Origin: an uncultured Candidatus Bathyarchaeia archaeon | Lineage (GTDB): Archaea > Thermoproteota > Bathyarchaeia > Bathyarchaeales > Bathycorpusculaceae | Assembly (NCBI GenBank): GCA_964536035.1 | Contig: CAZHWL010000001.1 | Location: 1-30,456, forward strand | Direction: 5' to 3' | Length of the DNA: 30,456 nucleotides | Notes under the pieces: generated by a model | Databases searched by the model: none | Told to the model about the DNA's origin: nothing | What the model saw: the letters and a program-made list of their open reading frames with translations, nothing else | Program-made: the position numbers and the translations under genes | Shown: positions 1-8,776 of the stretch, in pieces | How the letters are laid out: every line of letters begins with the position of its first letter | Position numbering within the stretch: the stretch's first letter is position 1

Positions 1-213
1 TCTGTTCCAAACTCTTTTATATTGTCTTTAAGTAGCTTTATTTGGCTACAAGAGTATGTTACTTAATTCACCCAATTTTCGACAACATCGAACTGGTCCG
101 TATACTTCGACCCAAGATTCAGAAGCCTCCTCACATGCAAGCCTCACTGTGAAACCATCATTTCAAAAACTCTTCATGCCTTGAAGCCTCACCATCTAAG
201 GATCGATGAGAAA

Positions 214-1053
214 TTGATTAAAACCGTCGGTTTAGTCGCTCGGTATGACAAAAAGAAGGCTATGGAGCTTGCTGAAGGCCTCACAGAATATCTGAGAAGC
301 CATGATGTGAAAGTCTACATCGAAGACACGCTTAGCAAGAAAGTGAAGGCAAAAGCAGAGTTTGTTCCACTTGAGCGAATGAAAACCGACCTCATAATAA
401 CAATGGGCGGAGACGGCACGATCCTGAGAACCAGCGTCAAGATCCCAAAGCCTGAACCGCCGATACTGGCAATAAACATGGGGGTCAGAGGCTTCCTCAC
501 GGAAATCGAGCCGAAGCAAGCCTTCGAAGCGGTAGACAAGTGCCTGAAAGGAGAATACCGCTTGGAGAAATGCATGAAGCTCGCCGCCACTGCAGACGGC
601 AAAGTTTTTCCAGACGCGCTCAACGAAGTTGTAGTCACACATGATGAACCTGCAAAGCTGCTTTACATGCGAATTCTGAAAGACAAAGAACCCATCCTCA
701 CATGCGAAGCAGACACACTCATAATATCCACGCAAACAGGCTCAACAGGCTACTCACTGTCCGCAAGAGGCCCAGTCTTGGACCCAGAAGTCGCCGCATT
801 TGTCCTCACACCCATATGCCCGCTGACCGACTTCCACCCAGTCGTTGTTCCAGCAGACACAAAACTAACTGTTCAAGTAGAACGACCAAAAAAGATGCTC
901 GTGCTCATCGATGGCCGATACAGCCAGCTCGTAAGGGCTAAACTTCCAAGCGTAACCGTAACACGATCAAAACATGAAGCCTCATTCATAAGATTTGGAG
1001 AGAACTTCTACACTCGATTGAGAAGCAGACTCCTCTTTAAGGGAATGGGGTGA
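214..1053 (+). CDS. nadK: NAD kinase (ATP-NAD kinase)
   Basis: Contains the GGDGT motif, INMGVRGFL, ALNEVVV, and STQTGSTGYSLSARGP (variant of TPTGSTAYSLSAGGP). The ORF track starts at TTG 181; TTG 214 (LIKTVGLVAR) fits the family N-terminus better. Confidence 0.93.
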   Translation: MIKTVGLVARYDKKKAMELAEGLTEYLRSHDVKVYIEDTLSKKVKAKAEFVPLERMKTDLIITMGGDGTILRTSVKIPKPEPPILAINMGVRGFLTEIEPKQAFEAVDKCLKGEYRLEKCMKLAATADGKVFPDALNEVVVTHDEPAKLLYMRILKDKEPILTCEADTLIISTQTGSTGYSLSARGPVLDPEVAAFVLTPICPLTDFHPVVVPADTKLTVQVERPKKMLVLIDGRYSQLVRAKLPSVTVTRSKHEASFIRFGENFYTRLRSRLLFKGMG

Positions 1054-1057
1054 AAGA

Positions 1058-1594
1058 TTGGCGGAAGAACCTGCGAGAAAGGTCACAATACTGGACACGT
1101 CTGCCTTCATAGCAGGCTTCGACCCATTCTCAATAGGCGGCGAACAGTACACCGTGCCTCTTGTCAAGGACGAAATAGCCGAGAAATCGATGCCCAGCGT
1201 CAGACTGGAAGCAGCTGTGGAAAATGGAAAACTGAGAATAAGGACACCGAACGACTTGTTCTTGAGCAAAGTAAAAACTGCTGCGACACAAGTGGGCGAC
1301 ACACTGTTCTTGTCAGAAACAGACCTGCAACTGCTTGCGCTAGCTTTAGAACTGAAGACAGGCGGCTACTCACCCCTGATCATCACAGATGACTACTCAA
1401 TACAAAATGTTGCTAACCAAATGGGCATCGAGTTCGCTTCGCTGGCAACTTTTGGCATACGCCGCCGCTGGCAATGGATAAGATACTGCCCAGCTTGCCA
1501 CAAGCAGTACCCAACAGACAGCAACATCAGGAAATGCCAAGTCTGTGGCACAGAATTGAAACGAAAGCCTCAAAAAAAGAGCAGCCTACATTAG
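1058..1594 (+). CDS. nob1: Nob1-type PIN endonuclease with Zn ribbon (rRNA maturation)
   Basis: PIN acidic motifs ILDTSAF, LSETD and TDDYSIQNVA; C-terminal CPAC...CQVCG zinc ribbon. Confidence 0.9.
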   Translation: MAEEPARKVTILDTSAFIAGFDPFSIGGEQYTVPLVKDEIAEKSMPSVRLEAAVENGKLRIRTPNDLFLSKVKTAATQVGDTLFLSETDLQLLALALELKTGGYSPLIITDDYSIQNVANQMGIEFASLATFGIRRRWQWIRYCPACHKQYPTDSNIRKCQVCGTELKRKPQKKSSLH

Positions 1595-1640
1595 GGGCAT
1601 TCCCAAAAACCCTAAGGCAAACGTCAATTGGTGATAAATC

Positions 1641-2216
1641 ATGAGCGCGGAAGAAAAGAAAACGACATACTTCAGTGAACCGGGAAATCAGAACACGGAC
1701 ACTTTACTGAAGACAGCCAAAGAATATGCTTCGAAAGAGAAGATCACAGACGTAATTGTTGCCTCAACCACAGGTGAGACCGGAGCCAAAGCCGCCAAAC
1801 TGTTCAAAGACTGTAATGTTGTTGTCGTCACTCATGCTTTCGGTTTTCAAGAACCCGGTAAAACAGAACTGAAGGAAGAGTACAGACAGGAGATACTGGC
1901 AAGTGGCGCCAAAATCTTCACTGGCACTCACGCGTTGAGCAGTGCAGAAAGGGCGATACGGAAGGACTTTGGCACAATACAGCCTTTAGAGCTTATAGCC
2001 AATACACTTAGGTTGATGGGAGAAGGAACCAAGGTCTGCGTTGAAATAACGTTGATGGCGGCAGACGCTGGACTGATCCCTGTAGACAGAGACGTTGTCG
2101 CCATAGGCGGGACAGGCAAAGGCGCAGACACCGCGCTCAGAATACATCCATCTCACGCGGCCAAATTCTTTGCGCTGAGAATAAGAGAGGTAATAGCGAA
2201 ACCAAGCAACTTTTAG
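1641..2216 (+). CDS. Standalone pyruvate kinase C-terminal (alpha/beta) domain protein, MTH1675/DUF1867-like
   Basis: YFSEPGNQNT, IVASTTGETG, VVVTH, GEGTKVCVEITLMAADAG and IGGTGKGADTA motifs are typical of this archaeal family. Confidence 0.85.
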   Translation: MSAEEKKTTYFSEPGNQNTDTLLKTAKEYASKEKITDVIVASTTGETGAKAAKLFKDCNVVVVTHAFGFQEPGKTELKEEYRQEILASGAKIFTGTHALSSAERAIRKDFGTIQPLELIANTLRLMGEGTKVCVEITLMAADAGLIPVDRDVVAIGGTGKGADTALRIHPSHAAKFFALRIREVIAKPSNF

Positions 2217-2308
2217 ACATCAAGTAGCCAGTCGCGCTTTCATAGAATCTTTATTAGAAACACTCACCAAAGAGGATAGGCTCTTTCCAATTATGGAGGC
2301 GGAAACTA

Positions 2309-3586
2309 TTGAGACTAGTAGAGAGGTTGAAGACAGAATTCTCGTTTTTCAGAGGCAACTACCTCATACTAGTCATGAGCTGGATACTGATGGATTTCGG
2401 CAACGAACTGCCAGGAACCTATTACCCGGACTACGTGACTGGACAATTAGGCGGAAGCGCCACCATCTTAGGCATGATAATGTTCGTCTCAATGATCTCG
2501 CTGGCCTCTGTCCAGTTTCTAGGCGGATACCTCGCAGACAAATACGGCAGACGCGTACTCGTCTCAACACTAACCTTCGGCGTCGCCTTCTCATACATCT
2601 TCTTTGCAGCAGCCCCCAGCTGGCACTACATAATGCTCGGAGCCGCCGTGCAAAACATTTGTCTACTTTACCAACCTGCTTTGTTCGCTTTAATGTCCGA
2701 CTCTGTACCTCCTGAAAAACGAGGAATGGGTTTCTCCATATTGAACTTGATAATGAGCGTATCAACAACACCAGGCCCATTAGTAGCGCTCATGCTTGTG
2801 GCAACATACGGTCCTAACTGGGGCATGAGGATAGCATACATGATCGTTATGATACTTTACGTCTCTGCAGCTATAGTTCGACTGAAACTCAAGGAAAGCA
2901 TAAAGAACCCCGAAAAAATCAGCATAAGAGCAGCACTTCGCGCCTATCCTCAAGCCTTTAAAGAGGGTCTACGCGTCTGGAAAGTGGTGCCCGCCTCGAC
3001 GCGATTTCTGTTCTTTTCTGAACTCATAATGCGGTTTGCATTAGCTTTGACCCAGGTATTATTCTTGGTCTACGCGTTCAATGTGCTTCAAATCGGAGGA
3101 GGCCCTGCTCTTGACCCAGACTTTCAAACGGCGCGCATCAGATGGGGTTACATCATGACGGCACTGTTCATGTGCATGATATTTGCGTCTTTTCCTGTGG
3201 GAAAGCTTCTTGACAAAATAGGCAGAAAAATCCCGCTCATACTGTCAGGTGTGTTAACCATTCCAGCGACCTTGCTGTTTGTCTACGGAAACTACGTGAC
3301 CGTTTTTGTAGCCATGCCTCTGGTCGGTTTCGCAATGCTGCTCGGATTTTCCTCCTACCTAACACTGTTTGCAGATCTGATTCCGCAGGAACAACGTGGA
3401 AAAGCTACGGGTTCACTGAATTTCTTTGCCAATATCTTCATGGCCATCGGCGGGGCAACAGGAGGCTTCCTCTATGACGCTACCACACCACAGTTCCCGT
3501 TCCTTCTATCAATCGTCTTGGTAATTCCATCAACTGCCTTGCTGTACTTTGTGCGTGAGCCCAAACCTGAAGAGCGTCAAGTCTAA
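2309..3586 (+). CDS. MFS transporter
   Basis: About 12 hydrophobic segments; motif A GGYLADKYGRR and its repeat GKLLDKIGRK; GGAGG RBS upstream of TTG. Confidence 0.92.
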   Translation: MRLVERLKTEFSFFRGNYLILVMSWILMDFGNELPGTYYPDYVTGQLGGSATILGMIMFVSMISLASVQFLGGYLADKYGRRVLVSTLTFGVAFSYIFFAAAPSWHYIMLGAAVQNICLLYQPALFALMSDSVPPEKRGMGFSILNLIMSVSTTPGPLVALMLVATYGPNWGMRIAYMIVMILYVSAAIVRLKLKESIKNPEKISIRAALRAYPQAFKEGLRVWKVVPASTRFLFFSELIMRFALALTQVLFLVYAFNVLQIGGGPALDPDFQTARIRWGYIMTALFMCMIFASFPVGKLLDKIGRKIPLILSGVLTIPATLLFVYGNYVTVFVAMPLVGFAMLLGFSSYLTLFADLIPQEQRGKATGSLNFFANIFMAIGGATGGFLYDATTPQFPFLLSIVLVIPSTALLYFVREPKPEERQV

Positions 3587-3614
3587 ATCGACGCTTTTTG
3601 AGCGAGTGAAAATG

Positions 3615-4043
3615 TTAAATGTCTTCGCTATCTCGTTTGCTGAAGTAAGCTATGTCTCTGTTCTCAGTGTAACCGCAGTGTTTGAACAGGTGCTTTGAGA
3701 CCAAGTTATCTTCTTCAATCAACGCGCAGAACAGCTTCAAGCCTCGGTTTCCAAAAATCTTTTCCGCCTCAGCAATCAGAACACGTGCGACCCCGCGCCG
3801 CCTGTACTCAGGATCTACTGCTAAACGGTTGATCCAGCCCTTTCGCAGGTCACAACTGAGAACCGCCATGCCAATCAAGTTGTCATCTTCAAAGGCTCCT
3901 ACAAAAAAATCAGGGTTTGCCGCCATCTCAGCGGCTATTGCCTCTTGACTGTCTCTTCCATGTGGCTTGAAAGGCAGCTTGGCTTTCGTCCACAGACTCG
4001 TTATAGCTTCATAGTCGTCTATCGTAAGTTTTCGAAGTTCCAC
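3615..4043 (-). CDS. GNAT family N-acetyltransferase (YpeA-like)
   Basis: Acetyl-CoA motif LAVDPEYRRRGVA, GWINRL, and a C-terminal N...LF...GY motif. Confidence 0.88.
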   Translation of the reverse strand: MELRKLTIDDYEAITSLWTKAKLPFKPHGRDSQEAIAAEMAANPDFFVGAFEDDNLIGMAVLSCDLRKGWINRLAVDPEYRRRGVARVLIAEAEKIFGNRGLKLFCALIEEDNLVSKHLFKHCGYTENRDIAYFSKRDSEDI

Positions 4044-4056
4044 GCAGATACGCGGC

Positions 4057-5394
4057 TTAAGCTTCTTTTTCGACTTCCTTTATTGAAGTCTCAAGTATGT
4101 TCAAAGCTGAGTCAACTAGTTCTCTGGTGATTACCAGTGGCGGCGCGATTCTGATCGTTGAAGCTCCGCATGTGATAACGTTGACGCCACGTTTCCACGA
4201 TCGCATCATGATCTCGCTAGCTTTCTGAGGAGCTGGTTTCTTGCTATCCTTGTTCTCCACTATTTCGACGCCGATCATCAAGCCTTTTCCTCTGACGTCG
4301 CCTATGATTTCACTCTTGTCTTTCAGTTCGCCGAACCTCTTCATGATGTAGGCGCCTTGCTTGGTCGCGTTGTCAAGAAGCTTCTCTTCCTGTATCGCGT
4401 CTATGACAGCGCTTGCTGCGACGCATGAGAGCGGGTTTCCGCCGAAAGTGCTTGCGTGTGAACCTGGAACCCAGTCCATCACTTTGGATTTGGCAATTGT
4501 TGCGCCTAAAGGCATGCCTGATGCAAGTCCTTTTGCGCTACAAACAATGTCCGGCTCAACACCCCAGTGTTCGATAGCCCACCACTTCCCTGTTCTGCCA
4601 ACTCCTGCTTGAACCTCGTCCACGATAAATAGCATACCGTACTTGTCAGTGATCTTCTTTAGACGCTGGAAGTATTCTGGAGGTGGGACAACGTAGCCGC
4701 CCTCGCCCTGTATTGGCTCCACCAATATCGCAGCGGTGTCTTCGGGCGGCACATACTTCTGCAAAACATATTCATCAATGAAGTCAACGCACCAGTAGTG
4801 GCAACTTGGATAGCTCAGCTTGAACGGGCAACGGTAGCAGTACGGGTAAGGCACGTGAGTGACTCCAGGCATCAGCGGGAAGAAGTAGCGTTTCTGAGTA
4901 AGTTTGCTTGCAGTGAATGAAAGAGCGCCGATCGTGCGGCCGTGAAAGGCGCTGATGAACCCGATGAACAGTTGTCTGCGGCTGTGCCACTTGGCAATTT
5001 TGATGGCTCCTTCAACGGCTTCAGCTCCGCTGTTGCCGAAGTAGACTTTCTTGTCAGGTGATCCGGGAGTGATCTGGGCAAGCCTTTCAGCTAACTCGAT
5101 GACTTCTCGGTAGTAAAAGTCCGTGTTGGAGTAGTGCAAGAAGCGGTCGCACTGGTTTTTTATGGCCGACACAACCTTTGGATGATTGTGTCCGACGTTC
5201 ATGCACACTAGCCCTGAGTTGAAGTCTATGAACTCGTTTCCATCAACGTCCTTGACTATGCAGCCTTTTCCTGATTCAACGACAAGCGGATAAAACCGTC
5301 CATAGGATGGCGATATCAGTTGTTCGTCTTTCTTGACAAGTTCTCTTGCTTTAGGTCCTGGCGGCGTAACTACAATCTTCGGGTAATTGCTCAT
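4057..5394 (-). CDS. Class III PLP aminotransferase (4-aminobutyrate/ornithine/acetylornithine type)
   Basis: DVDGNEFIDF, FGNSGAEAVE, FHGRT, EPIQGEGG, DEVQAG, SAKGLASG (PLP lysine), STFGGNP and IRIAPPL motifs; GGTGA RBS. Confidence 0.95.
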   Translation of the reverse strand: MSNYPKIVVTPPGPKARELVKKDEQLISPSYGRFYPLVVESGKGCIVKDVDGNEFIDFNSGLVCMNVGHNHPKVVSAIKNQCDRFLHYSNTDFYYREVIELAERLAQITPGSPDKKVYFGNSGAEAVEGAIKIAKWHSRRQLFIGFISAFHGRTIGALSFTASKLTQKRYFFPLMPGVTHVPYPYCYRCPFKLSYPSCHYWCVDFIDEYVLQKYVPPEDTAAILVEPIQGEGGYVVPPPEYFQRLKKITDKYGMLFIVDEVQAGVGRTGKWWAIEHWGVEPDIVCSAKGLASGMPLGATIAKSKVMDWVPGSHASTFGGNPLSCVAASAVIDAIQEEKLLDNATKQGAYIMKRFGELKDKSEIIGDVRGKGLMIGVEIVENKDSKKPAPQKASEIMMRSWKRGVNVITCGASTIRIAPPLVITRELVDSALNILETSIKEVEKEA

Positions 5395-5400
5395 GTCACA

Positions 5401-5442
5401 TCACCGATTGGAGATTACGGTTAGAAAAGACGGTTTTATATA
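5401..5442 (-). promoter_or_regulatory. Putative TATA box (TATATAAA) and GGTGA RBS for the aminotransferase-GNAT operon
   Basis: On the minus strand, TATATAAA at 5435-5442 is about 40 bp upstream of the ATG, with GGTGA at 5401-5405. Confidence 0.5.
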
Positions 5443-5543
5443 GCTACCGATGTGTCTCCGTTGAAAAGAAACATGAACAACTGGAATGATAGCAACACGT
5501 AACCTATCGACAGACACACTTTGTTTTTAGCAAGAAAAACGTT

Positions 5544-5897
5544 CTAGGGCTTTGTCAATGTGATCTCGATGGCTGAAACGTTAGATTTTCGATCGCCTTC
5601 TCGGGTAACCTGTTCGGTGCAGATTTTGATTTCCTGCAGCTGCACATCCTTCATGAATGCTCGTCTCAACACCTCAAATGTGTCAACAGCTTTGCATATC
5701 GCGCGTCCTCTAGCTTTGATAACTATTTGGTTTGAGCCGCCAGTGAATGCCGTCATGCAGGCAATTACGTAGTTCTTCACAGGTTTTTGACCGACTAACA
5801 CAGCCTTGTCACTGGCCTCTGTTTTCGACGTGTTTCTCGCAGGTGTTAATGTTTTCTCTTTTCTCTCAGGTTCTTTCTTCTGTTTTGGTTCTGTCAT
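5544..5897 (-). CDS. albA: Alba (Sso10b/Sac10b) nucleic-acid-binding protein, divergent, with charged N-terminal extension
   Basis: VLVGQKPVKNYV, IKARGRAICKAVD and VSAIEITL motifs. Confidence 0.92.
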   Translation of the reverse strand: MTEPKQKKEPERKEKTLTPARNTSKTEASDKAVLVGQKPVKNYVIACMTAFTGGSNQIVIKARGRAICKAVDTFEVLRRAFMKDVQLQEIKICTEQVTREGDRKSNVSAIEITLTKP

Positions 5898-6039
5898 GCA
5901 ATACCACTATCACTTGTTTTTGACAGCGCTGTTCGATGTAAAGCAGTTTGTATCACTGATTTAGACTTCTTATATCTTTCCGTATAGTGTGCAAACAGAC
6001 GCACAGCTGACTACGCAAAATTTCATATCAACACAAGGT

Positions 6040-6609
6040 CTAGCTCGTTGCCTTGTTGACGAATTTCATTCCTTCCTCGAAAGCCCGAACATTAGCCTCA
6101 AATGCGTCAAGCTTCTTCCCAAACAACTCTTTCAAACCTGTGATTATGCTCTCTTTGGCGACAGCCTTCGTTAGTGCGACATAGGCTCCAAGCATAACCA
6201 TGTTTGCCGCTTTTTCGTTCCCTGCAGAAGCAGCAAGTTCGCTTGCAGGAACGGCAATGGCTCTCACGTCACTACGTGTTACTGGGCGATTGATCAGCGA
6301 GCTGCTGATAAGAAGCAATCCGTTGTTTTGCAGTTTCGGTTCAAAAGCTTCCATGGAAGGATTGTTCATGACAATTACTGAGCGCGGGCGAGGCGTTGTA
6401 GGCGATCCGATTTCATCGCTTGAAACTATCACGGTACAGTTAGCTGTTCCGCCGCGCATCTCAGGGCCATACGAGGGAATCCAAGTAACATTTCTTCCTT
6501 CTTTCATAGCACTGTAAGCCAGAAGCTTGCCGATGAACATCAAACCTTGACCGCCGAAACCAGCCATCACGACATCTTCATAAAAAACTGTCTTGTCTAA
6601 CTTTGCCAT
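6040..6609 (-). CDS. 2-oxoacid:ferredoxin oxidoreductase gamma subunit
   Basis: AGFGGQG, PSYGPEMRGGTA and ANMVMLGA motifs; last gene of the four-gene operon. Confidence 0.93.
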   Translation of the reverse strand: MAKLDKTVFYEDVVMAGFGGQGLMFIGKLLAYSAMKEGRNVTWIPSYGPEMRGGTANCTVIVSSDEIGSPTTPRPRSVIVMNNPSMEAFEPKLQNNGLLLISSSLINRPVTRSDVRAIAVPASELAASAGNEKAANMVMLGAYVALTKAVAKESIITGLKELFGKKLDAFEANVRAFEEGMKFVNKATS

Positions 6610-6612
6610 GCT

Positions 6613-7362
6613 TTATCTCTCCTTTGGAGTTTTAAACTCCCCCAGCGGGTAGTAAGAAGCCATCTTTTCGTCAACCCATTTCAATGATTCCATTGTAGTC
6701 AGATGCCAGTTTGTTGGGCACTGAGACAAAACCTCGACCAAAGAGAAACCCAAACCTTTGATCTGAGTCTCAAACGCTTTCTTTATGGCTTTTTTGGCTT
6801 GAACCACGTTCTTTGGGCTACTCACGCTGACCCTCGCTATGTAGACGGCGCCTTCACATGTGGAAAGCATCTCGCATACGCGAATCGGATAACCAGCTTT
6901 TTCTGCTACTCTGCCCATCGGCGTCGTGGTACTCTTCTGCCCAATCAATGTTGTGGGAGCCATTTGGCCTGCAGTCATTCCATAGATCGCATTATTAACG
7001 AATATCGTGGTGATCTTTTCTCCTCGGGTTGCAGCGTGAACAATTTCTGCTGTACCAATAGCAGCCAGATCGCCGTCTCCCTGATATGTGAAAACCACAG
7101 CTTCTGGATGAACTCTCCTGCAGCCTGTCGCAATAGCTGGTGCACGACCATGAGCCGCTTCATACGCATCTAAGTCAAAGTAGTTGTAAAGTAGAACAGC
7201 GCAACCCACCGGAGCCACGACCACTGTCTTCTCGCGTATCCCAAGTTCATCAATAACTTCAGCTACCAACCTGTGTACTACTCCATGGCCACAGCCTGGG
7301 CAATAGTGCGTATTTGCTTGAGTAAGAGTCTTCGGTCTCTGAAAGACAACTTCCATTTTCAT
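6613..7362 (-). CDS. 2-oxoacid:ferredoxin oxidoreductase beta subunit (TPP-binding)
   Basis: [22 protein letters not shown]...NN TPP motif and SQCPT. Confidence 0.94.
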   Translation of the reverse strand: MKMEVVFQRPKTLTQANTHYCPGCGHGVVHRLVAEVIDELGIREKTVVVAPVGCAVLLYNYFDLDAYEAAHGRAPAIATGCRRVHPEAVVFTYQGDGDLAAIGTAEIVHAATRGEKITTIFVNNAIYGMTAGQMAPTTLIGQKSTTTPMGRVAEKAGYPIRVCEMLSTCEGAVYIARVSVSSPKNVVQAKKAIKKAFETQIKGLGFSLVEVLSQCPTNWHLTTMESLKWVDEKMASYYPLGEFKTPKER

Positions 7363-8423
7363 CTTGCCTCCTTAGTGATTTTCTCAACTTCGGAAATAAT
7401 TTCCTCGTAGCTTGGAACCATCCCACCGACTCGGTTGTAGAAGTGAATCCTGCTTTTTCCACACATTCCGAGTTTTACATCCTCAATCATCTGACCCATG
7501 CTCATCTCAACTACCAAGAAATCTTTCACTCTCTCTGCCATTTGAGCAAAAGCTTGATATGGAAACGGGTAGAGTGAGATAGGTCTCAACAACCCGACTT
7601 TCAAGCCTTTTTCACGCAACACTTTGATTGCTGTTTTGGCAATTCTAGCGACAGTTCCATAAGCTGCAATGACTATCTGCGCATCTTCAGTCATGAACGA
7701 TTCAAAGCGCACTTCGTTCTTTACTGCCTCACACAACTTCTGGTGAATCGCAAGATTTCGCTTTTCCAAGATGACTGGGTCAAGATACAATGTTTTGATC
7801 AGATTCCGCTTTCTGCCTGACTCGGCAGTAATTGCCCAATCTTTCCTTGGAAGAGTAACCGTTTTTTCTTGAGGTTTAAACTCTATGGACTCCATCATCT
7901 GGCCTATGTTGCCGTCGCCCAAAATCATGACAGGATTCCTGTATTTGTCAGCAAGATCAAACGCCAGCATTGTAAGAGCTACAGCTTCTTGACCAGTGGA
8001 GGGAGCCAACACAAGCAGATGATAATCACCGTGGCCTCCGCCTTTGGTTGCTTGGAAGTAGTCTGATTGTGACGGGTGTATTCCTCCAAGTCCTGGGCCG
8101 CCTCTCATCATGTTCACAATAACACAGGGGATTTCGGCTGCAGCAATGTAGGATATTCCTTCTTGCATGAGGCTGATTCCTGGGCTTGATGAAGACGTCA
8201 TCACTCTTGCCCCTGCACCTGCAGCTCCGAATACCATGTATATTGCAGCCACTTCGCTCTCTGCCTGAAGGAAAGTTCCTCCGACTTCTGGAAGCCTCCA
8301 AGACATGTATTCGCCGATCTCGTTCTGCGGCGTTATTGGATACCCAAAATAGTATCGGCATCCTGCTAAAACCGCTGCTTCGGCAATCGCTTCATTTCCA
8401 GCCATAAACTTCTTTTCAGTCAT
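7359..8423 (-). CDS. vorB: 2-oxoacid:ferredoxin oxidoreductase alpha subunit, VorB-like (probably branched-chain 2-oxoacids)
   Basis: [36 protein letters not shown] and GGGHGDY motifs; 4-nt overlaps with both neighbours. Confidence 0.88.
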   Translation of the reverse strand: MTEKKFMAGNEAIAEAAVLAGCRYYFGYPITPQNEIGEYMSWRLPEVGGTFLQAESEVAAIYMVFGAAGAGARVMTSSSSPGISLMQEGISYIAAAEIPCVIVNMMRGGPGLGGIHPSQSDYFQATKGGGHGDYHLLVLAPSTGQEAVALTMLAFDLADKYRNPVMILGDGNIGQMMESIEFKPQEKTVTLPRKDWAITAESGRKRNLIKTLYLDPVILEKRNLAIHQKLCEAVKNEVRFESFMTEDAQIVIAAYGTVARIAKTAIKVLREKGLKVGLLRPISLYPFPYQAFAQMAERVKDFLVVEMSMGQMIEDVKLGMCGKSRIHFYNRVGGMVPSYEEIISEVEKITKEAR

Positions 8424-8653
8424 TTCTTCTCACCAACCGTCTTCTTCTCTCGATAAACTGTGATAGCAGCATCGGGACAAACGAGAGCACACAATGTACA
8501 CCCTGAACATTTGCCGTGAGGGTCATAAAATTCCGCAGGACGATATCCTTGTTTGCTCACATGCTCTGCTACTCGGATACATTTCTGCGGACAAAAATTA
8601 ATGCAAAGCGTGCAACCTTTACAGAATTTCTCATCTATTTCAATCTTGCCCAT
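8420..8653 (-). CDS. 2x[4Fe-4S] ferredoxin, delta subunit of the oxidoreductase
   Basis: CKGCTLCINFCP and CSGCTLCALVCP clusters. Confidence 0.93.
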   Translation of the reverse strand: MGKIEIDEKFCKGCTLCINFCPQKCIRVAEHVSKQGYRPAEFYDPHGKCSGCTLCALVCPDAAITVYREKKTVGEKK

Positions 8654-8776
8654 ACTGTTCCGCCTCTTCCGATTCTAAACCGCTCGTTTTCGCCTCTTGC
8701 TTCTGAAATGTGGAACCGATAGGCACGGCTTAGACTCAAATGAGACCTCTAAAAGTTCTGCCATATTAATATTGGG

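Noticed and set aside
4057-5394. PLP-dependent amino-acid racemase (BAR / Ile 2-epimerase type)
   Set aside because: The protein has EPIQGEGG (Glu) and the IRIAPPL Arg of omega-transaminases, rather than the GDAG Asp I associate with the racemases.
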